DNA of 39,661 nucleotides, from NCBI GenBank assembly GCA_026713745.1, contig JAPONU010000285.1, positions 1 through 39,661 of the forward strand, read 5' to 3'. How positions within the stretch are numbered: the first letter of the stretch is position 1; every line of letters starts with the position of its first letter. The position numbers and the translations under genes were made by a program. This document shows positions 29,712 to 38,017 of this stretch, piece by piece. The stretch comes from a bacterium (GTDB lineage Bacteria > Actinomycetota > Acidimicrobiia > Acidimicrobiales > CATQHL01). A model generated the notes under the pieces. It searched no databases, was not told the origin of the DNA, and saw only the letters and a program-made list of their open reading frames with translations.

Positions 29712-30451
29712 GACGTGCCGTTGCCCAGGAACGCCTCGAACAGGTCCTGGCGTGCCGCCAGGGACGCGGCCGGGCCGCTGGCGACGATGTCGCCGCTGCG
29801 GATGATGTAGGCGGTGTCCGCCATCTCCAGGAGGCGACGCGCATCCTGCTCGACGACGAACAGGGTGGTGCCCGCCCCGGCGAGCTCGCCGAGCAGGTCG
29901 AACACGTGGCTACGCAGGCTCGGCGCCAGACCGAGGGCCGGCTCGTCCATCAGCAGCAACGCCGGGCGGCTCATGAGCGCACGGGCGATGGCGAGCTGCT
30001 GCGCCTCACCGCCCGAGAGCAGGCCGGCGGGGGCCGACCGCCGGCGCCCGAGCGCCTCGAAGCGCTCCATCAACTCTGCCGCCAGCCGGCGGCGGCTTCG
30101 CGCACCGGTGGTGATGCCGGCGACGAGGAGGTTCTCCTCGGTCGTCAGCGAAGTCAGGATCCGGCGGTGCTCGGGGACCAGGGCGATGCCCGCACGCAGC
30201 AGCCGCTGCGGCGACCAGCCGGTGACGTCGCTGCCGCGCCAGCGGATCGTGCCGCCACCGGGCGGGTGCAGCCCGACGATGGCGTTGAGCAGGCTGCTCT
30301 TGCCGGCGCCGTTGGGCCCGATGAGAGCGACGAATTCACCGGCGCCGACGGTGATCGAGGCCCCGTGGACCGCCCGGACACCTCCGTAGGCGACCTCGAC
30401 CTGCTCGAGGGTCAGCAAGGTGTCCGGGCGGCCCGGGGTTTGTCGGTGCAC
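29687..30451 (-). CDS. LIV-type ABC ATPase (LivF-like)
   Basis: GPNGAGKS, VPEHRR, LSGGEAQQLAIARAL, MDEPALGLAP, VEQD. Confidence 0.92.
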   Translation of the reverse strand: MHRQTPGRPDTLLTLEQVEVAYGGVRAVHGASITVGAGEFVALIGPNGAGKSSLLNAIVGLHPPGGGTIRWRGSDVTGWSPQRLLRAGIALVPEHRRILTSLTTEENLLVAGITTGARSRRRLAAELMERFEALGRRRSAPAGLLSGGEAQQLAIARALMSRPALLLMDEPALGLAPSLRSHVFDLLGELAGAGTTLFVVEQDARRLLEMADTAYIIRSGDIVASGPAASLAARQDLFEAFLGNGTSWSSSPSS

Positions 30452-31810
30452 TCAGCCGTACACGGCGGCGAGGGTCGCCTCGCCGTTCACGACCTCGTGC
30501 ACGTAGACGGGCGTGTTCGGCGTCGCTCCCCCGTCGTAGATCAGCGTGCCGGTCAGGCCTTCGACCCCCGTCCCGGCGATGATGGCCTCACCGACGGTGA
30601 CCGGGTCGAGCGAACCGGTGCGGATTACGGCGTCGGCGATGACCAGGATGGCGTCGGCGGCGAGTGCCGAGTACGACTCGCTCTCGGGGGCGACGCCCTT
30701 GACGGCCTGATAGCCGGCGAGGAAGCGGAGCATCCGGCCGTCGGGCTCAGGGAAGGTGTGCGACGTGTGGAAGAACCCCTCGACGCCGTCGACGAAATAG
30801 CCGCCGGTCGCGGTGAAGGCGTCCGCGATGAGCATCTCGGCGTCTACGCCGGCCTCGCCGAGTTGCGCTCCCAGGATCGCCGCCTGGAAGGCGAGCAGCG
30901 CCGAGTAGACGACATCGGGCTGCGGGTCGAGCGCGGCGATCTCATTGACCTGCGCCGAGAAGTCGGTGGTCTGCACAGGCACGAACGGGTAGTCACCCAG
31001 GACGTCGCCGCCGAGTTCTTCGAACTTCTCGGTGAAGACCTCGACGACGTAACCGAAGTACGGCCCCGGAACGCTGAACGTGGCGGCCGTGGTCCAGCCC
31101 CGGCTGATCGCGAACTCGGCTGCCGCCTCCGCCTGCGCGGTGTCGGTGAACGAAGCCAGCAGTGACAGGATCGACGGGTCCGCCAGCAGCGGCTCGGTGG
31201 ACGAGACCGAAATCGTCGGGACCACTCCAGCGGTGATCTGCAGGATCGCCTGGTTGACGTCGAAGAAGGCCGGGCCCAGGATTGCCGTGACGTCCTCGTC
31301 AAGCAGTTCCTGTGCCACACGGCCAGCCGTCTCGGGGTCGCCCTCGATATCGCGGATCACCATCTCGACCGGATGGCCGTCCACGCCGCCCCAGCAGTTG
31401 ACGAGCTCGACGAAGTACTCCGCCGCCGCCGCCGCCGGGATGTCCACGAATCCACCGAGTTCGGAGAAGTCGGCGGCGTAGCCGATCCGCAGGGGTTCGC
31501 CCTGCGGTGCCGCGGCGCAGTCCGCCAGGTCGGCGGCGAGGATCGCGTCGACATCCAGATCCATCGACGCCGCCGGGGCCTCGGACGGCTCCTCGGGCGG
31601 AGCCGGCGCGGGTTCAGGAGGCGGGGCCGGGGCCGGTTCGGCCGGGGGCGGCGCGGGTTCAGGAGGCGGGGCCGGGGCCGGTTCGGCCGGGGGCGGGGGC
31701 GCCGCGGGGGTGCCGGTCGTCTCGCCGTCGTCGCCTGCGCACGCCGCGGCCAGCAGCGCCACCGTCAGCACGACGACGAGCGCCTGGATGATGGTCTTCG
31801 GTGTTCTCAT
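30452..31810 (-). CDS. LIV-type solute-binding lipoprotein with Pro-rich linker
   Basis: Lipobox LLAAAC, Pro/Ala/Glu linker, PBP1 motifs (GEPLRIG, GGVDGHPVE, TDFSAQV). Confidence 0.9.
   Translation of the reverse strand: MRTPKTIIQALVVVLTVALLAAACAGDDGETTGTPAAPPPPAEPAPAPPPEPAPPPAEPAPAPPPEPAPAPPEEPSEAPAASMDLDVDAILAADLADCAAAPQGEPLRIGYAADFSELGGFVDIPAAAAAEYFVELVNCWGGVDGHPVEMVIRDIEGDPETAGRVAQELLDEDVTAILGPAFFDVNQAILQITAGVVPTISVSSTEPLLADPSILSLLASFTDTAQAEAAAEFAISRGWTTAATFSVPGPYFGYVVEVFTEKFEELGGDVLGDYPFVPVQTTDFSAQVNEIAALDPQPDVVYSALLAFQAAILGAQLGEAGVDAEMLIADAFTATGGYFVDGVEGFFHTSHTFPEPDGRMLRFLAGYQAVKGVAPESESYSALAADAILVIADAVIRTGSLDPVTVGEAIIAGTGVEGLTGTLIYDGGATPNTPVYVHEVVNGEATLAAVYG
31604..31696. repeat. Perfect 45-bp tandem duplication in the Pro-rich linker
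   Basis: 31604-31648 is identical to 31649-31693; encodes PPAEPAPAPPPEPAP twice. Confidence 0.9.
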
Positions 31811-31839
31811 GTCTTCCCCCTTGTGGGTGTCATGGGTAG

Positions 31840-32670
31840 TCAGGCGGAGAGAAAGTCGGCGACGAGCCGGTTGAACCGATCCGGGTTCTCGATGAACATG
31901 AAGTGGTTGCCCCCCTCGTCGGCCGCGATGGACTCAAAGGTGGCGCCGGGGGTCTGCTCGGCGGCCCAGCGCGTCGCCGAGTCCGGGACGAACGAGCCCT
32001 CGCCGGCGATGTAGAGAGCGGGCCGGTTGATGCGCGGCGGCACGTCGCGCCAGTCCGCCAGGATGTCCGAGAAGAACTCGCGGGCCGAGAGCGGCCCCGG
32101 CATGCGGGCATTCTCGGCCAGCAGCCAGGCCATGTCCTCGGTGGAGATGTTCGGCGTGACCATCCCCTCGAGCAGCCCCGGGACCACCTGGCCCGCGGCG
32201 CCACCGGTCAGGCCGTTGTAGATCCCGAAGAATGCCTCGGCGCTGAGGATCGACCCGTAGTCGGTGATGTCCTGCTCGCTGAAGGCAGGGTTGGCGATGG
32301 GATGGGTCATCATGTCCACGAACACGACCCTGTCCAGCCCGTCGCCCGCGAACAGGTCGAAGTACGACCACAGCACGCAGCACCCCATCGAATGGCCGAG
32401 CACGTGCGCGCGCGGCCCGGCCACCTCGCTGATCACCGTCCGGAGATCCATGGCGTAGCGGGAGACGCGGTAGCCGTGATCGGGTCGCTGCGACTCTCCG
32501 TGGCCACGCAGGTCGAAGGTGATGACCCGGAAGCGGTCGCTGAGGCCTTCGACCTGCCGCTCGAACAGCGCCGCCGTCTGGTTCCAGCCGTGCACCAGGA
32601 TGAGCGGCGCCCCGGTCCCCGCCACGTCGTAATGCAACGCCACGCCGTCGTTGGTGGTCACCGTCGCCAT
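31840..32670 (-). CDS. Alpha/beta hydrolase (non-heme haloperoxidase/arylesterase-like)
   Basis: LVHGW, DLRGHGES, nucleophile elbow GHSMG, C-terminal HFMFIENP. GAGGAG upstream of ATG 32670. Confidence 0.92.
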   Translation of the reverse strand: MATVTTNDGVALHYDVAGTGAPLILVHGWNQTAALFERQVEGLSDRFRVITFDLRGHGESQRPDHGYRVSRYAMDLRTVISEVAGPRAHVLGHSMGCCVLWSYFDLFAGDGLDRVVFVDMMTHPIANPAFSEQDITDYGSILSAEAFFGIYNGLTGGAAGQVVPGLLEGMVTPNISTEDMAWLLAENARMPGPLSAREFFSDILADWRDVPPRINRPALYIAGEGSFVPDSATRWAAEQTPGATFESIAADEGGNHFMFIENPDRFNRLVADFLSA

Positions 32671-32785
32671 CGATCGTCTCCTCGTCTTCGCCGGACGTTC
32701 CGGAACCGACGGCACGCGCTACGAGTCGAACCCGCAGGACGCGCCGCGGCTCAAACGAGATCAGAACCCTCGGGACCCGGCAGGG

Positions 32786-32844
32786 CTATCCGCCCAGCGC
32801 CGGGGATTGTCCGGAAACGGAGGTTTCTTGTCCGTTTTGCGCAG
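32786..32844. promoter_or_regulatory. Three direct repeats YTRTCCG at 21-bp period (putative AraC/XylS sites)
   Basis: CTATCCG at 32786, TTGTCCG at 32807 and TTGTCCG at 32828, between the divergent hydrolase and AraC genes. Confidence 0.6.
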
Positions 32845-32887
32845 CGGAGCCTGGACAAGGCCGCGGCGCGGGTCGTAGCGTCCGGGT

Positions 32888-33826
32888 ATGCGGGCCGCCG
32901 CGGTCTTTCAGCGGTACAGGAGCATCGACGACCAGGCAGAGCAACTGACCGGCTTCGATCAGTCCTACCAACAGCTGGATCGCGGCTCGTACCGCGGCGC
33001 GTTCCTGGCGTGCGACGACGAGGAGGTCGGCTTCTTCGTCGAACACACCAACCGGCGACTCGGCCAGCAGGGCGCAGGCCCGGACGGCATGATCAGCGCG
33101 GTCGTCCTGCTCAGCGCCCCGGGTCACTCACTGAACAACGGGTCCACGTTCAGCATGGACGACATCGTGCTGGTGGGATCCGGTGGTGCCTACGAGGCCG
33201 TTATCGACGCGGGGGTCGAGCCGGCGGTCTTCAGCGTCCCCCTGGGGGCGACGACCGCCCTACCACTGCGCCGCCTCTCCGACCAGCAGGCGGGCCGGGT
33301 GCGCCGCATCGCCGATCCAGAACTCAGCAGGAAGTTCCGAGCCGTGGCAGCCAACGCACTGCGATCCTGGGATGCGGCCTCCCAGAGCGTCTCGGTGCCG
33401 CGCTCGGTCGTGCACGCGCTGATGCTCGAGGTGCTCACGGCGCCAAGCGCGGCTGACGGGTCGTCACACGGCTCGATCCAGCTCTACCGGGCAGCACGCG
33501 ACGTCATGGTCGATGCTCTGACGGTGTCGCTGCCGGTTCCCGAGGTCGCCTCGCGGGTGGGGTCGTCCCGCCGTACCCTTGAGCAGGCCTTCGACACCTG
33601 CGTCTCGGTGAGCCCTGCCCGCTTCCACAAGCTGCTGAGGCTCAACAACGCCCGCCGGCTGCTCGAGAGCGGGCGACATTCCGTGAGCCGGAGCGCCACC
33701 AGCAGCGGCCTGCACCACCTCGGTCGGTTCTCGAGCGACTACCACGAGTTGTTCGGCGAGTTGCCCTCGGAGACCGCGCTACGCGCCAAGGTGCTCATCG
33801 CAGACCCGGCGCCGGCCGGCGTCTGA
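32888..33826 (+). CDS. AraC-family regulator (EutR-like)
   Basis: N-terminal EQLTGFDQSYQQLDRG, C-terminal SRRTL..F..SPARF..LRL, HLGRFSSDYHELFGELPS. TAGCGT 6 nt before the ATG suggests a leaderless mRNA. Confidence 0.92.
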   Translation: MRAAAVFQRYRSIDDQAEQLTGFDQSYQQLDRGSYRGAFLACDDEEVGFFVEHTNRRLGQQGAGPDGMISAVVLLSAPGHSLNNGSTFSMDDIVLVGSGGAYEAVIDAGVEPAVFSVPLGATTALPLRRLSDQQAGRVRRIADPELSRKFRAVAANALRSWDAASQSVSVPRSVVHALMLEVLTAPSAADGSSHGSIQLYRAARDVMVDALTVSLPVPEVASRVGSSRRTLEQAFDTCVSVSPARFHKLLRLNNARRLLESGRHSVSRSATSSGLHHLGRFSSDYHELFGELPSETALRAKVLIADPAPAGV

Positions 33827-33880
33827 GCAGCCGATTCCGATCCGGCGCCGCTCGGGCGCGTTCCGGGCCGCGCCTGCGTC

Positions 33881-34068
33881 TCAGGTTGCCGCGGCCCGGG
33901 GTGCGGGCTCGGGCGCGCTCCAGTCCTGCGGGATCGAGGAGAAATCGAAGAACGGCTCGACGTCACCGCCGGTCACCGCCTCGGCGATCTGCGCATAGAA
34001 CCCTTGCCCGGTCACCGCCTCGGCGATCTGCGCATAGAACCCTTGCCCGGTCTCGAAGGCGACGTGTT
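33881..34068 (-). pseudogene. Orphan 3' gene fragment (QHVAFETGQGFYAQIAEAVT...PFFDFSSIPQDWS...)
   Basis: Coding-like codon usage, no credible start, and it carries a 39-bp duplication. Confidence 0.45.
33969..34052. repeat. Perfect 39-bp tandem duplication
   Basis: CCGGTCACCGCCTCGGCGATCTGCGCATAGAACCCTTGC x2 plus CCGGTC. Confidence 0.95.
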
Positions 34069-34075
34069 GGCAGGA

Positions 34076-34270
34076 GTGATCGCCATGTCGCTCACCGGGC
34101 GCGGCGACCTTCTCGTGCGGGTCGTGGCACCGACCAACGACGACCTCCACGAGATCCTGCAGCAGATCGCCGCCATCGACGAAGTGCGCCGCACCGAGAC
34201 GCTGCTCGCCCTGCACACCTCCCTGACACGCAGCAGCGCCGACCTCGTCGCCGCGGGCACCCACCCCTGA
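34076..34270 (+). pseudogene. Lrp/AsnC C-terminal effector-binding domain fragment, no HTH
   Basis: LTGRGDLLVRVVAPTNDDLHEILQQIAAIDEVRRTETLLAL fits the AsnC/RAM domain pattern. Confidence 0.7.
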
Positions 34271-34290
34271 CCGGCCGGCGCGCCAGGCCG

Positions 34291-35253
34291 CTACGGGGAA
34301 GCCGAGAACGCCGTCCGGCGGGCGTCGCTGGGGGTGGTGCCGTAGGCCTCGGCGAAGCAGCGCGAGAAGTGTGCCGGGGACTTGAAGCCGTGGCTGAAGG
34401 CGATGTCGGTGATGGTCTTGGCGCGGTGCTGGCCCGAGACGAGGTCGTCGCGGCAGCGGGCCAGGCGGCGGCGCATGAGGTAGGTGGTGACCGTCGTGTT
34501 GTGGTCCCGGAATAGTTGGTGGAGGTAGCGCAGCGAGACGCCGATGGAGGAGGCGATGCGGGCCGGATCCAGGTCGGGGTCGTCGGCATAGGCGTTGATG
34601 TAGGTGCAGGCCCGCAGGAAATGCTTGGTGCCGCTGGACCCCGGCGCCATCGCATCGCCGAAATGGTCCGCCAGCGCCACGCCGAGTAGATCGAGGGCGC
34701 TCGTGGCGAGTTGGCGCGACACGGCGTTCTCCTCACCGGAGGCGAAGGGCTCCAGCGAGCGCAGGAACGACGAGACCGGGGCGGTCACGTTGCCGTCGCT
34801 GCGCATGCGCACCGCGGTCAGCGGTTCGGGAAACGGGCAGCGTTCCAGCAGGAACTGCCGGTCGAACTGCAGCACGAGCATGTCGAACTCTTCGGGCATG
34901 ACGAGGTTGTACGGCCGGGTGGTGTCATAGAGCGCGAAGTCGCCCGCCTCCAGGACAGCCTGACGGTCATCCTGGATCACGACCCCGACACCGCTGAGTT
35001 GCAGCGAGACGAGCACCTCATCGCGGGGTTCGGTGCTGATCAGCGACGGGGAGCGGTGGACCGTGTGAGGCTGCGCGTGCACCCGGCTGAGCGCCAGCAC
35101 GCCCAGATCGCTGCTGGAGATCTGGGCCTGGAAGGGTTGCTCGGAAGGCAGCGCCTCGGCCTCGAGCCGCACGAACGCCGAGCAGATGACCTCGTGCCAG
35201 AAATCGAAGCGATCCCGGCCGGCGACCGTCTCGGTGTTCGCTGTTGTGACCAC
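34291..35253 (-). CDS. AraC-family regulator (FeaR/NitR-like)
   Basis: DRFDFWHEVIC, QDDRQAVL..GDFALYDTTRPY, SLRYLHQLF, ITDIAFSHGF..AHFSRCF..YG.TP. GGAGG before GTG 35253. Confidence 0.92.
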   Translation of the reverse strand: MVTTANTETVAGRDRFDFWHEVICSAFVRLEAEALPSEQPFQAQISSSDLGVLALSRVHAQPHTVHRSPSLISTEPRDEVLVSLQLSGVGVVIQDDRQAVLEAGDFALYDTTRPYNLVMPEEFDMLVLQFDRQFLLERCPFPEPLTAVRMRSDGNVTAPVSSFLRSLEPFASGEENAVSRQLATSALDLLGVALADHFGDAMAPGSSGTKHFLRACTYINAYADDPDLDPARIASSIGVSLRYLHQLFRDHNTTVTTYLMRRRLARCRDDLVSGQHRAKTITDIAFSHGFKSPAHFSRCFAEAYGTTPSDARRTAFSASP

Positions 35254-35301
35254 CTGGGCCTCCCGACCTGTGCCGGGAGGAACGTTCTCCCAGCGCAGAA
35301 G

Positions 35302-35370
35302 AGAGTGCACTCTGAGACAAGAGATTAGACGCTGTAAGGATTGAAGCCCTCGCGGGCCCCTTCGTAGCGT
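35302..35370 (+). promoter_or_regulatory. Putative nitrilase-operon promoter with upstream palindrome
   Basis: 12-bp palindrome AGAGTGCACTCT (35302-35313), then TTGAAG (35341)-N18-TAGCGT (35365). Confidence 0.5.
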
Positions 35371-35377
35371 GCTGAAC

Positions 35378-35518
35378 ATGGTGGAGAGAACCGCCACGCT
35401 TCGCTGCAGCGCACCGCCCGCCACGCTTCGCTGCAGCGCACCGCCCGCCACGCGCCGCATGCGACCCGGGGAAACCTCGCCGGGTGGCCCTCCTCGGTCG
35501 GTCAACCCGCATCGGTGA
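35378..35518 (+). CDS. Putative leaderless 46-aa upstream ORF
   Basis: ATG 7 nt after TAGCGT. Reads MVERTATLRCSAPPATLRCSAPPATRRMRPGETSPGGPPRSVNPHR and stops at the nitrilase SD. Confidence 0.3.
   Translation: MVERTATLRCSAPPATLRCSAPPATRRMRPGETSPGGPPRSVNPHR
35391..35453. repeat. 27-bp tandem repeat, 2.3 copies
   Basis: CCGCCACGCTTCGCTGCAGCGCACCGC x2 plus CCGCCACGC. Each unit contains the palindrome CGCTGCAGCG. Confidence 0.95.
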
Positions 35519-35528
35519 AGGAGTCGCC

Positions 35529-36560
35529 ATGACTGCAGCCGCCCCGTTCGTCGCCGCCGCAGTGCAGGCGGAGCCGTGCTGGCTCGAAGTGGACGCCGGA
35601 GTCGAGAAGGCTGCCGGTCTGATCGCCGAGGCGGCGGCCAACGATGCCCGGCTCGTGGCATTCCCCGAGACGTGGATTCCCGGTTACCCGCACTTCCTGT
35701 GGCTGGGGTCGCAGGCCTGGGGCATGCAGTTCGTTCAGCGCTTCCACGAGAACTCCGTCACCGTCGGTGACGAGGCGTTCCAGCGGCTCGCCCGGGCGGC
35801 CGCCGACAACGACATCGCTGTGGTGTTCGGCGCCAGCGAGAGGGACCGGGGGTCGCTGTACATGGCGTAGTTCGCCTTCGGCGCCGACGGCGAGGTGCTG
35901 TTCGCGCGCCGCAAGCTGAAGCCCACCCACGTGGAGCGCGCCCTGTTCGGCCAGGGCGACGGCAGCCACCTGCACGTGCAGGACGTGGACGGCATCGGCC
36001 GGCTCGGGGCGTTGAACTGCTGGGAGCACCTGCAGCCGCTCACCAAGTTCGCGATGTACAGCCAGGGCGAGCAGGTGCACGTGGCGAGCTGGCCCTCGTT
36101 CTGCCTCTACCGCGGGCTGGCCAATGCCCTCGACATCGACGTGAACATGAACGCCACGCAGGTGTACGCGGTGGAGGGCTCGTGCTTCACGATCGCCGCG
36201 ACCACCGTGACCGGCGAGGCCGGGCTGGACCTGTTCTGCCAGGATGACGAGCAGCGTGCCCTGCTGGGCGGGGCCGGTGGCGGCGGCAGCAGCCGCATCT
36301 ACGCCCCCGACGGGCGGATCGTCTCGAACCTCCTGGACGAGCACAGCGAGGGAATCGTCTACGCCGAGATCGACCTGTCGCTGATCCCCCTGTCGAAGGT
36401 CGCCCAGGACCCAAGCGGCCACTACTCGCGCCCCGACGTGACCCGGTTGGTCTTCGATCCCCGACCGCAGCCGACCGTGGAGATCGTCGGCGCCGAGTTC
36501 GCCGCGCCGCGTGACGACGACGAGGCACTCGAGGAACTTCCACAGCCCGCAACGGCCTGA
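35529..36560 (+). pseudogene. Nitrilase (branch 1) interrupted by an in-frame TAG at 35868-35870
   Basis: FPETWIPGYP (Glu), RRKLKPTHVER (Lys), LNCWEH (Cys), DPSGHYSRPDV. The two track ORFs share one frame and read SLYMA*FAFG across the stop. Confidence 0.88.
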
Positions 36561-36594
36561 GATGCCGTCACGCATACCCGAAAGCGAGGACACC

Positions 36595-37974
36595 ATGAGG
36601 CAACACACACGCAGGCGCCGCCTGCTCTTCCCGACGGTACTCGCCGCCATCGTTCTGCTGGTGGCCGCCTGCGCCTCGGACGACGAGGGGGCCGCCGAGC
36701 CGCCGGCCCCGGCTCCCGTCCCGACGCCCGCCACCGAGGCCGAGGCGGCACCGGAGCCCGCGCCGCCCCCTGCGGGGGCCGAGCCCGCCGCCGAGCCCGA
36801 AGCTGCTCCACCGCCGCCGACCGAACCGGGGGCCGCGCCCGAACCTCCACCCCCACCTCCGGCCGAACCGGCGGCACCCGCCGAGGCGACCGGCGAGCCG
36901 ATCCGGGTCGGAAACATCAGCTCCCTGACCGGCGGCGCGCTGTTCCCTGAGGCCTCTGAGGCGGCCAAGGCTGTCTTCGACCGCGTCAACGCCGCAGGCG
37001 GTATCGGCGGGCGCCCGATCGAACTGATCATCGAGGATGACGGCGGGACGCCCGAGGGCGCCGCCACCGCAGCCCGCAAGCTCGTGGAGCAGGATGACGT
37101 GGTGGCCATGGTGGGCTCGGCCAGCACGCTGGAGTGCGTGGTCAATACCGGTCTCTACGCCGAGGCCGGTGTCTATTCGATTCAGGGCACCGGCGTGGAC
37201 CCGCTGTGCTTCCTGTCGCCGAACATCTCGCCGGTCAACACCGGCCCCTACGCCGGCATCACGGTGTCGCTGTTCTACGCCTCCGAGACCCTCGGCTTCG
37301 AGAATGTCTGCAACGTGAACCTGTTCGTGGTGCCCGACCTGGCCCCGGCCTTCGACGCCGCCGTGGCCCGCTGGGAGGAATTGACCGGCAAGTCGCTGGC
37401 CTTCCGGATTGCCGCCGCCACCCTGCAGGACGACCCGACGCCGCTGATGCTGCAGGCCCGGGACGCCGGCTGCCAGGCGGTCGTCATCGACGGTGTGGAG
37501 CCGCACGCTCTGGCCGTGGGGCGGGCCATCGAGGCGCAGGGGCTGGGCGACATCACCTGGATCGGCCTCACCTCGTATTACACGGACGCCATCGCCGGCC
37601 AGCTCGGCAGCGCCGGCAACGGCCTCCAGGCCAACTCCGAGTTCGAGCCGTACGGCTCCACGTCGCCCGTGCTGGACGACTGGCGCCAGCTCATGATCGA
37701 CAGCGACGTGGCGCTCACATCCTTCGCCCAGGGCGGCTACCTGGCGGCCACGATCTTCGCTGAAGTGCTTCAGGGCATCGACGGCGAGATCAGCCGTGAG
37801 TCGGTGGGCGCGGCGCTGCTCGCCCTGGACCGCTACGACACGCCGCTGCTCGGAACCCCCTACTCGTTCGGTGATGCGCCGATTCACGCACCGAACCAGG
37901 CCAGCAAGTTCGTGGTGCTCCAGGACGGCGCCTGGGTGACCGCTCTCGACGAATGGGTCGTACTGCCGAACTGA
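36595..37974 (+). CDS. LIV-type solute-binding lipoprotein with Pro-rich linker
   Basis: Lipobox LVAAC, Pro-rich linker, GEPIRVG, VNAAGGIGGRPIEL. GAGGA before ATG 36595. Confidence 0.92.
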   Translation: MRQHTRRRRLLFPTVLAAIVLLVAACASDDEGAAEPPAPAPVPTPATEAEAAPEPAPPPAGAEPAAEPEAAPPPPTEPGAAPEPPPPPPAEPAAPAEATGEPIRVGNISSLTGGALFPEASEAAKAVFDRVNAAGGIGGRPIELIIEDDGGTPEGAATAARKLVEQDDVVAMVGSASTLECVVNTGLYAEAGVYSIQGTGVDPLCFLSPNISPVNTGPYAGITVSLFYASETLGFENVCNVNLFVVPDLAPAFDAAVARWEELTGKSLAFRIAAATLQDDPTPLMLQARDAGCQAVVIDGVEPHALAVGRAIEAQGLGDITWIGLTSYYTDAIAGQLGSAGNGLQANSEFEPYGSTSPVLDDWRQLMIDSDVALTSFAQGGYLAATIFAEVLQGIDGEISRESVGAALLALDRYDTPLLGTPYSFGDAPIHAPNQASKFVVLQDGAWVTALDEWVVLPN

Positions 37975-38017
37975 CCGCCCCCGGCGGCGACGCAATGGCG
38001 GGTAGGACCGCCAGGGC

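Noticed and set aside
33969-34052. 39-bp repeat as a CRISPR repeat or att site
   Set aside because: Head-to-tail duplication with no spacer and no integrase or tRNA nearby.
35391-35453. 27-bp palindromic repeat as a mini CRISPR array
   Set aside because: The copies are directly adjacent with no spacers, and there are no cas genes.
35378-35518. uORF as a RiPP precursor
   Set aside because: No YcaO, radical SAM, lanthipeptide or other maturase gene in the window.
35868-35870. Pyrrolysine or genome-wide TAG reassignment
   Set aside because: TAG ends several genes at their expected C-termini (11546, 11589, 12946, 20025, 24919, 34291), no pyl genes are visible, and the site corresponds to a Gln.
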